Virus record (IMG/VR): IMGVR_UViG_2734482773_000007 | DNA: 42,304 nt | Source: a virus | Lineage: Duplodnaviria; Heunggongvirae; Uroviricota; Caudoviricetes | Strand: one strand, 5' to 3' | In this document: piece by piece, positions 9,709-18,761 of the stretch | Layout: each line of letters starts with the position of its first letter | Numbering within the stretch: position 1 is the first letter of the stretch | Translations under genes and position numbers: made by a program | Notes under the pieces: model-generated | The model's database searches: none | Seen by the model: the letters and a program-made list of their open reading frames with translations, nothing else | Told to the model about the DNA's origin: nothing

Positions 9709-11010
9709 TCAGATGAGGTCTGCGGTTAGCGTATCGTCGGATACGTCGTCGAAATCATTTACAGGGTTGATATTGAGTGCGGGGCGTGGGTCTGACTCGG
9801 GAACGACGGTGGGTTTACCATCAGCTCGTGTTATCAGTGCCTCGACTTTTGACCAACGGCGCGGACTGGCCTTTTTGATAAGTTTTTCGGCTTTTGTGGG
9901 ACTAATAAGTTTAAAGTCGAATACTTCTTCAGTTTTGTACCTGAACTGGTCCTTCAGAAGTGCGCGAGCTGCCTCTTCGTCACTCCAGGCCCGGTTACCT
10001 TGTTTTCCTGTTACCAGTTTAAACCCCGGTACCGGATGTCCGGCATTGAGTTCATTGTGAACCCGGTCCCGTACTGCCTTTAGCCAGGATTCAATAAAGT
10101 CGGCCTGGCTATAGATCTCTGCAAGCTGCTCAATGGTTAACAGAGGTACACGTGCGCTGGCATTGGTGATTATTTCGCTGACAGGCTTTGTCAGATCTTC
10201 AAAATCGCTGGCCGCTGTTTGTAAATGCTGCATTTTCTGGGCAGTGCAAATAGCTTTTGCTTTACAGAAGCGGCACTGTTTTTCTCCAGGTATGAAGTTT
10301 TCCAGCGGTAGTGTCTCAATGCCTTCGCATTCAGCAATATTGAGAACAAGGATCGCACTGGTTGCGGCCTCCAGCGCCCGTTCACCGAAAGACTGAAGTT
10401 CCTGTACGGTTAACGACCATTCTGAAACGTGGTTGAGCCTTGGTTGGTGAATAAATAATCTTACAGTTTCAAAGTCATACAGCATGCTGAATTGTTCAAG
10501 CGCACCCAGAGCATACAGTTGTAGTTGCTCATTTTGTTCTGCATCAATGCGGACGCCTTTGCCATATTTCAGGTCGTGGATTTGTAATTCGTTACCAGCG
10601 ATGATTATGCCGTCGGCAGTTCCGAAAGATTCTTCCACACCCGTTATATGTGAGAAATCAACACGTTGTTCAACCAATAGTTCATTATTCTTTGCAAGAG
10701 TCCAGACCGTATCAACATACCGGCCGACGGCTTCGACCATTTCATCATCCACCTGTGGGCCAGATTTATCATCAGGATTTTCGCGAAGGGGGTATGAGCC
10801 GAGAAACATAGAAACATTGCATCCGGCGTAGTGTTCCAGGTGGCTTTGCCTGTTTCGTAGAACTTTTTCAGCAAGCGCGTGCGCTGCAGTGCCCTCGATT
10901 GCAAAAGTTGTTTCTTTATCCGGTTGTGTGGCCTCCAGCGCCAGACTTCCTGGGCAGCGCATCCATCGATGCGCTGATGATGGAGAAAGTTGTGCGTGAA
11001 CGTCTGGCAT
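9709..11010 (-). CDS. DUF2800-like PD-(D/E)xK nuclease (Cas4-like phage exonuclease)
   Basis: 433 aa; N-terminal [15 protein letters not shown] signature; Cys cluster [10 protein letters not shown] near C-terminal third. Confidence 0.6.
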   Translation of the reverse strand: MPDVHAQLSPSSAHRWMRCPGSLALEATQPDKETTFAIEGTAAHALAEKVLRNRQSHLEHYAGCNVSMFLGSYPLRENPDDKSGPQVDDEMVEAVGRYVDTVWTLAKNNELLVEQRVDFSHITGVEESFGTADGIIIAGNELQIHDLKYGKGVRIDAEQNEQLQLYALGALEQFSMLYDFETVRLFIHQPRLNHVSEWSLTVQELQSFGERALEAATSAILVLNIAECEGIETLPLENFIPGEKQCRFCKAKAICTAQKMQHLQTAASDFEDLTKPVSEIITNASARVPLLTIEQLAEIYSQADFIESWLKAVRDRVHNELNAGHPVPGFKLVTGKQGNRAWSDEEAARALLKDQFRYKTEEVFDFKLISPTKAEKLIKKASPRRWSKVEALITRADGKPTVVPESDPRPALNINPVNDFDDVSDDTLTADLI

Positions 11011-11012
11011 GA

Positions 11013-11915
11013 TTAACCCTCCAGTGCTTTTTCAGCTAGGGTGATTACTTCAGCGAGATTTTCATCCGTTACTTCACCAAGTTTCCTGGCTCCCTGTTTT
11101 TCCAGAATTGCAATAGCTTCTGCCCGGTAGCCCCCTTTTGCTAACTGGAGGATCAACCCTTCAGCTTGTTTGCGTAGTGCCGCGAAATCAATTGTATGGT
11201 CATCTTTGGCGTCATTATTCTGGCTGGAATTTGCTGCGTCTCTGCGTGCAAATTCTTCCTGCAGCTGAAGGTACTCAACACGGTTGATCTCGATATGGCC
11301 TTTTTTCAGCATCTCGTTCAACTTGCGTAAGGTGTGGAGTTCACTGGCTGCTGTGCCGGATACATTTTTGACGTAAAACGGCCCCGTGCGTTCTCCATCC
11401 TTGTTACTGGCCTTTTTCGGCTTAACTTCATCACGCCCATCCGCAGGTGCATCAAGTAGCTGCTCGGCAAAAGCACGTCGCTCGCCGATGGTTGGCAGGT
11501 CGTCCCAGAACTTAAGGATGTTACGGGACAGGTCCAGGAGAGCAGGTTTAAGCAGCGCCCTGGCTCGTTTGACGCCCTGCAATGCGCTGTCGAGAGCATC
11601 AATCTGAACTACTCGTTTATCGCCTTCAGCATCACGGTAGGCAACAGCACGTTGCAGCATGTCTTCTGTGATAGGGGTGGCTACCGGGTAGAAACCAGCC
11701 AGTGCGATAACGTCGCTGAACTCCAGATCATCCAGTGTCATTGCCGCTGACATATTTTCAGTTTCAGTTGCTGTATCCCGACATTCCTGCACTCGTGAAA
11801 TCGTGTCAGGATGCATAACAATGCCTGATGCCATTGTGCGGATAAGACGTTCAAGCAGCGCATTATGTTGTGCCAGAAGTTGATTATTAAGTTCTAGACT
11901 GGTTTCTAAACTCAT
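11013..11915 (-). CDS. hypothetical phage early protein
   Basis: 300-aa ORF, 3-bp spacing from upstream gene; helical, charged; no motif recognised. Confidence 0.5.
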   Translation of the reverse strand: MSLETSLELNNQLLAQHNALLERLIRTMASGIVMHPDTISRVQECRDTATETENMSAAMTLDDLEFSDVIALAGFYPVATPITEDMLQRAVAYRDAEGDKRVVQIDALDSALQGVKRARALLKPALLDLSRNILKFWDDLPTIGERRAFAEQLLDAPADGRDEVKPKKASNKDGERTGPFYVKNVSGTAASELHTLRKLNEMLKKGHIEINRVEYLQLQEEFARRDAANSSQNNDAKDDHTIDFAALRKQAEGLILQLAKGGYRAEAIAILEKQGARKLGEVTDENLAEVITLAEKALEG

Positions 11916-12094
11916 ACTGTGGTCCTCGCTACAAGGAGAATGAAAGTGATGATCAGACCGAGCGCAGTGGCAACGGCCAGACCGGTCATCAAATCGAAGT
12001 TTTTACGGCGATAACGGAGAACATCGCGCCCCGTCAGTCGATGGATGTGTTCAGGTTTCATCGGTTGTATTCCTTTTTTCATATCGGGGAGCAC
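11912..12094 (-). CDS. small membrane protein
   Basis: 60 aa with C-terminal hydrophobic helix (LAVATALGLIITFILLV); 4-bp overlap with next gene. Confidence 0.4.
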   Translation of the reverse strand: MLPDMKKGIQPMKPEHIHRLTGRDVLRYRRKNFDLMTGLAVATALGLIITFILLVARTTV

Positions 12095-12151
12095 GCTGTT
12101 GCGAGTGCGCTTTCAGACATAAAAAAGCCCGTCACGTGAGGCGGGCAAAGA

Positions 12152-12373
12152 CTACACACAGCAATTACATGGATGATTCAGTTGGTATTGTTGCGTACGT
12201 GGTACCACAAGGTTGAAGCGGACACGCCAGTGCGTTGCAATGGTATGCAGGAAAGCACCACATCCAGGGCAGTGCTCATAACATTCGTTGATTTGGTATC
12301 GTTTTGGCTTTGGTGTCAGAAGCTGTGTTTGGCAAGCAGGGCATTCACCTTTGAGCGGTTTATACGTTTTCAC
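12152..12373 (-). CDS. small zinc-ribbon protein
   Basis: 73 aa with CPAC ... CPGC pairs; first gene leftward of the repressor, i.e. the N/early-regulator position. Confidence 0.4.
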   Translation of the reverse strand: MKTYKPLKGECPACQTQLLTPKPKRYQINECYEHCPGCGAFLHTIATHWRVRFNLVVPRTQQYQLNHPCNCCV

Positions 12374-12656
12374 GCCGTTTCCTCATTCAGTTCACTTTGG
12401 TGGTTCGGCGGCTTCGACTTGTATCAGTAGACAGTACTTCGCCGCACCCCAAAGGGAACTTACTGACCCGTATTGCCGACATCCTGTCCCGCCACGGTCC
12501 CGACGCATGGTTTAGAGTCGCGCCGTTCGACTTGTGGCTAAAGATACAATTTGAGTTGTATTGTGTAAACCACAAATGTGGTATTTTGTGGGGTGTGAAT
12601 ACTACTTTATTGATATTTAAGTGAATTTAATTTGTAAGACTTTACAAATGGGGTAA

Positions 12657-12676
12657 GGGAGGCTGTTACGCCTCCC
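12657..12676 (-). terminator. stem-loop directly after repressor gene stop (GGGAGGC-N6-GCCTCCC)
   Basis: Perfect 7-bp GC-rich stem 20 nt past the cI-like stop; followed on the minus strand by a moderately U-rich stretch. Confidence 0.45.
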
Positions 12677-12695
12677 GATATTTACGGTGGGAATA

Positions 12696-13319
12696 CTAAC
12701 GTTTACGGCGGTAAATACGGTGTTCGATCATTACACCTATGATCTGTAAGTTCATATCTGCACTACGAAAAATAGGGTAATCAGGATTTAGGGGGATTAA
12801 TTCAAAGTCGTCGATGCCGATTCCTAATGGACGGTATTTTTTAAATGTAGCTTCGTGACCGTCGTTTTTGGCGACAACAAACTCCCCTGGTGCAGGACAT
12901 AGATCAGGATCGATGATAACAATGTCTCCTTCTTTAAACTCTGGTTGCATGCTGTCGCCATCGATACGTAATGCGAAGCATGTTTCTGGAATGTCAGAGT
13001 CTGCCAAAATATATTCAAATTCCCCTGTCAGATCTGTTATGTCTCTTGCTTCTGTAAGCTCTCCTGCCTGAACGTAACTTAATATAGGTATGCGTCTGGT
13101 ACTTATCTCCGCGAGAGGCATAATATTTTTACCGTTCAGTAGCCAGTCTGGGCTACATTTCAAGGCCTTAGCCAGATCCAGAAGATTGCGTGGCTTTCTG
13201 GTTCGTCCACTTTCGATGGATTCTATGGATTGTTGGCTAACCCCTGCAGAATTCGCTACTTCCACTTGAGTCATTCCTAATTCCAAACGACGTGCTTTAA
13301 AACGGGCTGCGAGAGACAT
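12696..13319 (-). CDS. CI-like prophage repressor (HTH_XRE + S24/LexA-type peptidase domain)
   Basis: N-terminal HTH (LGMTQVEVANSAGVSQQSIESIESG), C-terminal autocleavage-type domain (DGDSM ... K motif region); start chosen at internal Met (MSLAARF); divergent from a Cro-like gene. Confidence 0.85.
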   Translation of the reverse strand: MSLAARFKARRLELGMTQVEVANSAGVSQQSIESIESGRTRKPRNLLDLAKALKCSPDWLLNGKNIMPLAEISTRRIPILSYVQAGELTEARDITDLTGEFEYILADSDIPETCFALRIDGDSMQPEFKEGDIVIIDPDLCPAPGEFVVAKNDGHEATFKKYRPLGIGIDDFELIPLNPDYPIFRSADMNLQIIGVMIEHRIYRRKR

Positions 13320-13382
13320 GGGATTAGTCCTTCTGGGTTGTATTAATGTGTATCCCCACATTAAAAACAATTTTTGTTGTAT

Positions 13383-13412
13383 TTGACAAACCTTGTTTGT
13401 TGTTGCTAAATA
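13383..13412 (+). promoter_or_regulatory. PR-like promoter for cro-like gene (TTGACA ... TAAATA) within operator region
   Basis: Perfect -35 TTGACA at 13383-13388, -10-like TAAATA about 18 nt downstream, then GAGGTG RBS and ATG at 13440; palindrome TTAATGTG-N6-CACATTAA lies just upstream (putative operator). Confidence 0.45.
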
Positions 13413-13439
13413 CCACTAAAATTGTATGAGGTGAAAGCA

Positions 13440-13652
13440 ATGACCTTAGCGACCCGAGTAAAAGAACGACGTAAAGAACTCAAAATGACGCAAGTTACGT
13501 TGGCTGAGCTCACAGGAGTGAGCCAGCAGGCAATAAACAGAATTGAAAGTGGTGTTATTGCTCGGCCACGTTATCTTCTTGAAATGTCTATAGCATTGGA
13601 TTGCGACCCTAATTGGCTGTTGTATGGCTCACAAAACGATAAAAAGGCTTAA
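13440..13652 (+). CDS. Cro-like HTH_XRE regulator
   Basis: 70 aa from internal Met; HTH LKMTQVTLAELTGVSQQAINRIESG; divergent from the repressor. Confidence 0.75.
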   Translation: MTLATRVKERRKELKMTQVTLAELTGVSQQAINRIESGVIARPRYLLEMSIALDCDPNWLLYGSQNDKKA

Positions 13653-13655
13653 CCC

Positions 13656-15848
13656 ATGTCCGATAGCAAACCATGGGGAGCTACGCCTGATGAGTGGTTT
13701 CATTTCGACCTGGTATTGGGGAGAACTGATCATCTTCTCCCAGTTGTATGTAACCCCAGTGCGACCATATCCCCTGATAGTAAACTGAAAGCGTTGGGTA
13801 AGACGCCGAGTCGCTATAACCGGGACCGCCAGGTCACCGGTATTGCTCAATGGACCGGGCATGTTGTTACTGAGCATGATTTTGCCCGCTGGTCGAATGA
13901 ACCGGATTATGGCATCTGCGTGCGTACAGGCCATGGCTGGCTGGCGCTGGACTGTGATAGCGAAGATGAAGACATTCAGGCAGATATTCGCAAAACGCTT
14001 GTGCAACTTCTGGGTGAGTTGCCGCCGCGACGCTGGCGAGCAAACAGTAATAAGTGTCTGTATCTGCTGGCCGTTGATGGTGATTTCCGTAAGCGTATCC
14101 ATCGCCTGGCGGGGGATATGGGCATTATCGAGTTGCTGGCGAACGGGCAGCAGTTCGTTGCCTGCGGTACGCACAGCAGCGGCGCGCGTATTGAATGGGA
14201 CGGCGGTTTGCCGGATGAACCTCCGGCTATTACTGGTGAGCAGCTTGAAACGCTGTGGCAGCGCCTGGCTGAACAACTCCCTGTGTCGGTAACCACCGAA
14301 GCGGGCAACACGAAGATGCGCGACCGATCAGCATTCACGCCCGGCGCGACGGATGATACAGCTGAATATCTTGATGCCAATGGCTGGACGCTGCTGGATG
14401 GCGCAAATGGTGAACGATATATCCGCTGTCCGTTTGAAGACGGCCACAGTAGCGGGGGCGATCCAACAAGCACAGTTTATTTTCCTGCGGGAACCGCGGG
14501 CTTTGAGCAGGGGCATTTTAAATGCCTGCATGCCAGTTGTGCGCATCGTGATGACGGAGATTTCCTTAATGCCATTGGGATCCGCAACGACGATTTCGAA
14601 GATCTGACCAGCACCGAAGTGGCGGAACCTTTACCGCTGCCTGCTTTCGAGCGTGATAAATGGGGGCGTATCGAGGCAACAATCAGCAACGCAGCCAAAG
14701 CAGTAGTACGCCCTGATTTTGTGGACATCGATATTCGCTTTGACCAGTTCCGCGACGAAATCATGTTTGCCCCTGCAGGATCCGGACAATGGCGGGCATT
14801 CACCGATGCGGATTATGCGCGCCTGCGCATCACGATGGAAAAGCGGGGATTTAAACCTGTTGGTCGTGAACTTATTCGCGATGTGGTGTTACTTGCAGCC
14901 GATGAACAACCATTCGATTCAGCGATCACCTGGCTGAACGGACTGGAGTGGGATGGCGTGTCGCGCATCGAATGTTTCTACCATACGCACTTCGGTACCG
15001 CCGACACGCCTTATACCCGTGCGGTGTCTATGTACATGTGGACCGCGTTGGCGGGGCGAGTACTGGAGCCAGGCATCAAAGCGGATATGGTGCCGATCCT
15101 CGTTGGTCCGCAGGGCTGCGGTAAGTCTTCCGGAGTGGAGGCACTGAGCCCTGATCCTGCGTTTTTTACTGAAATCTCTTTTGCCGAAAAAGACGATGAT
15201 CTCGCTCGAAAAATGCGTGGTCGGCTGGTGGCAGAGATTGGTGAACTGCGCGGACTTAATACCAAAGAGCTGGAGTCAATCAAAGCGTTTGTGACGCGTA
15301 CTCACGAAAACTGGATCCCGAAATACCGGGAGTTCGCCACCCAGTTTCCTCGTCGCCTGGTGTTCGTTGGTACCACCAATGAGGACGAATTCCTTGCGGA
15401 CAAGACTGGTAACCGTCGCTGGCTCCCCGTGGAAGTGTCGAAAGTCGACGTGAAAGCGATAAAAAGAGATCTCCTTTTACTTTGGGCTGAGGCTCGTGAG
15501 GTGTTTCAGCGTCTGGGGGGTATCCAGTTCCGTGAGGCTGAACAACTGGCAGCGAGTGTCCATGAACAGTACACCATCAAGGATGCTTGGCTTGAAACGG
15601 TAGAGAAATGGCTCGACACGCCAGACCTGATGACTAATGAACTTCCGCGAAATTGCGAATTTTTACGCGCAAGTGATGTTTTGCGTGATGCGATTGGGCT
15701 AAATCCTGACCGCATCGGAAAACGCGAAGAAATGCGAATTAGTAATGTTTTGCAAAATTGCGGGTATAAGCGTGCCCAAAGGCGAATTGGGGGGAAAATG
15801 ACTCGAATTTTTGAGGCGGTGTCCCAACCTGTACCAACCTCAAAATAG
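13656..15848 (+). CDS. DNA primase: N-terminal PrimPol-like domain plus C-terminal VirE/P4-type NTPase
   Basis: 730 aa; Walker A GPQGCGKSS and Walker B-like LVAEIGE in the C-terminal half; N-terminal region resembles bifunctional primase-polymerase; followed by iterons. Confidence 0.75.
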   Translation: MSDSKPWGATPDEWFHFDLVLGRTDHLLPVVCNPSATISPDSKLKALGKTPSRYNRDRQVTGIAQWTGHVVTEHDFARWSNEPDYGICVRTGHGWLALDCDSEDEDIQADIRKTLVQLLGELPPRRWRANSNKCLYLLAVDGDFRKRIHRLAGDMGIIELLANGQQFVACGTHSSGARIEWDGGLPDEPPAITGEQLETLWQRLAEQLPVSVTTEAGNTKMRDRSAFTPGATDDTAEYLDANGWTLLDGANGERYIRCPFEDGHSSGGDPTSTVYFPAGTAGFEQGHFKCLHASCAHRDDGDFLNAIGIRNDDFEDLTSTEVAEPLPLPAFERDKWGRIEATISNAAKAVVRPDFVDIDIRFDQFRDEIMFAPAGSGQWRAFTDADYARLRITMEKRGFKPVGRELIRDVVLLAADEQPFDSAITWLNGLEWDGVSRIECFYHTHFGTADTPYTRAVSMYMWTALAGRVLEPGIKADMVPILVGPQGCGKSSGVEALSPDPAFFTEISFAEKDDDLARKMRGRLVAEIGELRGLNTKELESIKAFVTRTHENWIPKYREFATQFPRRLVFVGTTNEDEFLADKTGNRRWLPVEVSKVDVKAIKRDLLLLWAEAREVFQRLGGIQFREAEQLAASVHEQYTIKDAWLETVEKWLDTPDLMTNELPRNCEFLRASDVLRDAIGLNPDRIGKREEMRISNVLQNCGYKRAQRRIGGKMTRIFEAVSQPVPTSK

Positions 15849-16003
15849 AGGTTGGTACATTTTAACTAATTGAATTTAAAGGCCTGTACCAACTGTACCA
15901 TCTGTACCAACCTAATTACTAAGAACCCCATATATATATATAAGTCGCTTGGGGAAAAGGTTTGAAAAGAGCTGGTACAGGTGGGTACAGGTTGGTACAG
16001 GCC
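15828..16003. repeat. iteron cluster with AT-rich spacer (candidate replication origin)
   Basis: At least eight copies of the 9-10 bp motif GGTTGGTACAG / CTGTACCAAC in both orientations (15828-15839, 15850-15859, 15884-15912 three tandem, 15971-16000 three tandem) flanking ATATATATATATA at 15930-15943. Confidence 0.6.
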
Positions 16004-16129
16004 GAACAAGGAATTTTTTGCACATAACAGCGTGTAATAAGCGAATCGGAACTGCGTTATCCACACCCACGGATAAACAAACGTGGTTCTCAGAAAATTT
16101 TTTCGTAGCAAAACGTAGAGGTCAGAGCT

Positions 16130-16552
16130 ATGCGTAATATTCAACAGGTTTTAGAGCGCTGGGGTGGCTGGGCTGCGAGTGAAGGTGGTAGCGTCTACTT
16201 TCCTCCTGTTGCAGCTGGGTTTAAGAATCTGCTACCCGCGACGCAGTCTGGAAGGCTGAAATGCAGTGACAATGACGGTCTTATCATCAACTCCGCTATG
16301 AGCTGCCTGAAGAAAAAAGATCCGTATCTGTGCACGCTCCTTGAGTGGCATTACGTCCAGGCCATGCCCGTGCGGACGATGGGTGAGAAGCTCGGCGTAT
16401 CTCACACCCACGTTCTGAAGAGGCTTCAGGCGGCAGAGGGATTTATTGACGGTTGCTTAGCCATGCTGGATGTGGTGCTCGAAATGGATCAGTCGGTTCA
16501 GTCAAAGCCTCAGGCTATCAGGACTTTGCGTAGGAGCTGCTCGGCGGCATAA
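16130..16552 (+). CDS. Q: late-gene antiterminator Q (phage 82/21 type)
   Basis: 140 aa starting MRNIQQVLERWGGWAA, closely resembling what I recall of the phage 82-type Q protein N-terminus; located just upstream of the lysis cassette. Confidence 0.7.
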   Translation: MRNIQQVLERWGGWAASEGGSVYFPPVAAGFKNLLPATQSGRLKCSDNDGLIINSAMSCLKKKDPYLCTLLEWHYVQAMPVRTMGEKLGVSHTHVLKRLQAAEGFIDGCLAMLDVVLEMDQSVQSKPQAIRTLRRSCSAA

Positions 16553-16553
16553 T
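16526..16553 (+). promoter_or_regulatory. candidate late promoter (PR'-like): TTGCGT-N16-CATAAT overlapping the 3' end of Q
   Basis: Read from sequence; position is analogous to lambda PR', which overlaps the end of Q. Confidence 0.35.
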
Positions 16554-16583
16554 ATCCAGCAATCAATCACGTAAGGGAACCAG

Positions 16584-16925
16584 ATGGCTCTGATCAGCGT
16601 TCGCAACAGATTTGAAAGCTTCATGGAACAGAGGTACCCAGACCTGTCGTTGCAGGTCAAAGGTAATATTGGCGCATCAATGAAGGCTCAACTTGGCATC
16701 AGGATTGAACGAGAATTGTACAGTGAAGATGTTACTTACTGTGATTCAGCAGTTCAGTTGATGTGGACACTCTTTCAGGCAGGTGTTCTGGCCGAACGAA
16801 GAGCTACCAGCGTTACGCTTCCTGCGCTGAAGGCAAAGCCGGATAGCTTCTACGATGCGGGTTATAACGAAGGTATTCAGGACTGTCGTAAACATCTGAC
16901 GGCATCAGGCATCAAGGTAAGATAA
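16584..16925 (+). CDS. hypothetical protein in the Q-to-lysis interval (moron position)
   Basis: 113-aa ORF with AAGGGA RBS; followed by a strong terminator; no motif recognised. Confidence 0.5.
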   Translation: MALISVRNRFESFMEQRYPDLSLQVKGNIGASMKAQLGIRIERELYSEDVTYCDSAVQLMWTLFQAGVLAERRATSVTLPALKAKPDSFYDAGYNEGIQDCRKHLTASGIKVR

Positions 16926-16992
16926 AAAATAGTTGTGGAATTCCAAAAAGCCGATTAGCCTGATATCTGTTGAAAACAGTTCATCACGAAGA

Positions 16993-17016
16993 GGCTCCCG
17001 CAAGGGGGCCTTTTTT
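16993..17016 (+). terminator. rho-independent terminator (GGCUCCC-GCAA-GGGGGCC + U6)
   Basis: 7-bp stem with one G-U pair, GNRA tetraloop, six U; candidate tR'-type terminator that Q would read through. Confidence 0.7.
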
Positions 17017-17246
17017 AATGCTCTATTCTCAGTAAAAGTTAATAAAACAGGGTTTTCGTCGCGAAAAAACGCTATGCAGTTTTTGCCCTTTTTTATGCAC
17101 CTTTTATTCACTCGAATTTCGTCATTCTGGACCACTTAAGTTGATTAAATAGGCCTTTCATCGCAAATCTATTGCGAGCGGTGATCGTATGGTTCCTATA
17201 ACGTACATTATGTTAAATAACTTCCTTTTTTAACAAATTTAACAAG

Positions 17247-17269
17247 GTTCGCTATGGCGAACTTTTTTT
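17247..17269 (+). terminator. second rho-independent terminator (GTTCGC-TATG-GCGAAC + T7)
   Basis: Perfect 6-bp stem, 4-nt loop, seven T; between Q region and holin. Confidence 0.6.
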
Positions 17270-17370
17270 GTATTCAGGGCCCACCGAAGGACGGCTCATA
17301 ACCCAATCCTACGGGCGTATACGCAGGGCCCGCCTTTCAACAACACCCCGTAATGGCGGAGGTGGGAAGT

Positions 17371-17712
17371 ATGAAAATGCACAATGCTCCTCATTCCTGG
17401 CCTGACTTACTGGAACTCTTACAAAGTTGGTGGCGTGGAGATACGCCGTTGGGCGCAGTGGTTATGTCAATTGTTATGGCTGGTTTGCGCATTGCCTATT
17501 TTGACGGTGGCGGCGGCTGGAAACGAAAAACGCTTGAGATTTTGCTCTGTGGTGCTCTGACGCTGACTTTTGCATCCGCTCTTGAGTATGTCGGATGGCC
17601 TAAATCGCTTTCTGTTGCCATTGGTGGTGGTGTTGGGCTGATCGGTGTCGATGCTATTCGTGGGGCTGCAATGCGAGTAATCGGTAACAAGTTTGGTGGC
17701 TCTAAGGAGTAA
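17371..17712 (+). CDS. holin with Met-Lys-Met dual-start motif
   Basis: Hydrophobic segments (VVMSIVMAGLRIAYF; ILLCGALTLTFASAL; AIGGGVGLIGV); starts MKM like lambda S107/S105; GGAGGTGGG RBS; directly upstream of the endolysin. Confidence 0.7.
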   Translation: MKMHNAPHSWPDLLELLQSWWRGDTPLGAVVMSIVMAGLRIAYFDGGGGWKRKTLEILLCGALTLTFASALEYVGWPKSLSVAIGGGVGLIGVDAIRGAAMRVIGNKFGGSKE

Positions 17713-17715
17713 TTC

Positions 17716-18192
17716 ATGCAGACACTAAATTCCCAACGTAAAGCTTTCCTGGATATGGTGGCATGGTCAGAAGGAACGGATAACGGGCGACAACCGACAC
17801 GTAATCACGGTTATGACGTTATCGTCGGAGGTGAGTTGTTCACTGATTACTCCGATCACCCTCGCAAACTTGTCACGCTAAACCCGAAGCTTAAATCAAC
17901 AGCCGCAGGCCGGTATCAGCTTCTTTCACGCTGGTGGGATGCCTACCGCAAGCAGCTTGGCCTGAAAGATTTTTCGCCAGAAAGTCAGGACGCTGTGGCG
18001 CTGCAGCAGATTAAAGAGCGTGGCGCTTTACCGATGATTGACCGTGGCGATATTCGTCAGGCAATCGACCGTTGCAGCAATATCTGGGCGTCGTTACCTG
18101 GTGCAGGTTACGGTCAGTATGAACATAAAATCGGTGACCTGATTTCCAGGTTTAAAGATGCTGGTGGGGTGGTAAATGAAGCTGACTTATAA
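17716..18192 (+). CDS. R: endolysin, lambda R-type lytic transglycosylase
   Basis: 158 aa; long stretches (NQRKAFLDM.AWSEGTDNGRQ.TRNHGYDVIVGGELFTDYSDHPRKLVTLNPKLKST.AGRYQLLSRWWDAYRKQLGLKDFSP) match my recollection of lambda R nearly exactly. Confidence 0.85.
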   Translation: MQTLNSQRKAFLDMVAWSEGTDNGRQPTRNHGYDVIVGGELFTDYSDHPRKLVTLNPKLKSTAAGRYQLLSRWWDAYRKQLGLKDFSPESQDAVALQQIKERGALPMIDRGDIRQAIDRCSNIWASLPGAGYGQYEHKIGDLISRFKDAGGVVNEADL

Positions 18193-18700
18193 GATTGTCA
18201 TCGCGGCATTTTTCTTCTCTGTCTTTGGGGCGCTCGTCTGGTCTGCAAACCATTACCACAGCAAGTATCAGGCAGAAAAGTTGCGGGCTGATAAAGCGGA
18301 AGGTGAAGCTGAATATCAAGGGAAAGTGATAGCTAATCAGGCATTAAACTTCAATCGTTTTAACCAGATAGCAGAAAACGCAAGCCGATTAAATTCTCTG
18401 GTCGACATCGGTCACGAGAAGACAGTCATCAAATACCGTGAGGTTCTGCTCCGTGAAAAGAACTGTGATTTCCCTGTTCCTGTTGATATTGCTGTCGGGT
18501 TGCTCAACTACGCGAACCGTTTACGCGCCAGCGCATTGCACGCCGATTCCGGGGACATTGACTCAGCCGGTGATCGTGCCACTACCACCAGAACGTTGAC
18601 ATATTGCCAGGCTGTTCTGTGGATTAACCCACTGTTGGCAGCCATCGAGAAGGCGAATAACCAGTTGGCTGGTGTCCGACAAATAGAACAGTCCCGGTAA
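18176..18700 (+). CDS. Rz: Rz-like i-spanin
   Basis: 174 aa, N-terminal TM helix (IVIAAFFFSVFGALVW), coiled-coil periplasmic part; overlaps the end of R as in lambda. Confidence 0.7.
   Translation: MKLTYKIVIAAFFFSVFGALVWSANHYHSKYQAEKLRADKAEGEAEYQGKVIANQALNFNRFNQIAENASRLNSLVDIGHEKTVIKYREVLLREKNCDFPVPVDIAVGLLNYANRLRASALHADSGDIDSAGDRATTTRTLTYCQAVLWINPLLAAIEKANNQLAGVRQIEQSR
18453..18599 (+). CDS. Rz1: Rz1-like o-spanin lipoprotein embedded in Rz (+1 frame)
   Basis: Translated by hand: (V/M)KRTVISLFLLILLSGCSTTRTVYAPAHCTPIPGTLTQPVIVPLPPER; lipobox LSGC, Pro-rich tail; only GTG starts available (18453 chosen, 18465 or 18438 possible). Too short for the ORF track. Confidence 0.55.
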   Translation: MKRTVISLFLLILLSGCSTTRTVYAPAHCTPIPGTLTQPVIVPLPPER

Positions 18701-18761
18701 TAGCATTACAGAAGCTCTTCCAGGAGGGGCTTCGATAATGACCTGATAACTGGAAAATAAA

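Noticed and set aside
13629-14803. Minus-strand ORFs (13629..14276, 13976..14473, 14477..14803) opposite the primase gene
   Set aside because: Shadow ORFs inside the primase coding region with no RBS or coherent protein features.
15828-16003. Possible CRISPR array
   Set aside because: Repeats are only 9-10 bp, occur in both orientations and partly tandem without unique spacers of regular length; this is iteron-like, not CRISPR.
15866-16144. 92-aa minus-strand ORF across the iteron cluster
   Set aside because: It runs through the tandem repeats and the (AT)n tract, has a repeat-derived low-complexity translation and no RBS; more likely non-coding origin DNA.
16584-16925. Shiga-toxin-like cargo at the Q-S position
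   Set aside because: Single 113-aa ORF without signal peptide and without A/B-subunit organisation; position is analogous but content is not.
17270-17350. Two GGGCCC palindromes upstream of the holin as a structured RNA
   Set aside because: They could pair, but the intervening 45 nt show no supporting structure or U-tract; insufficient evidence.
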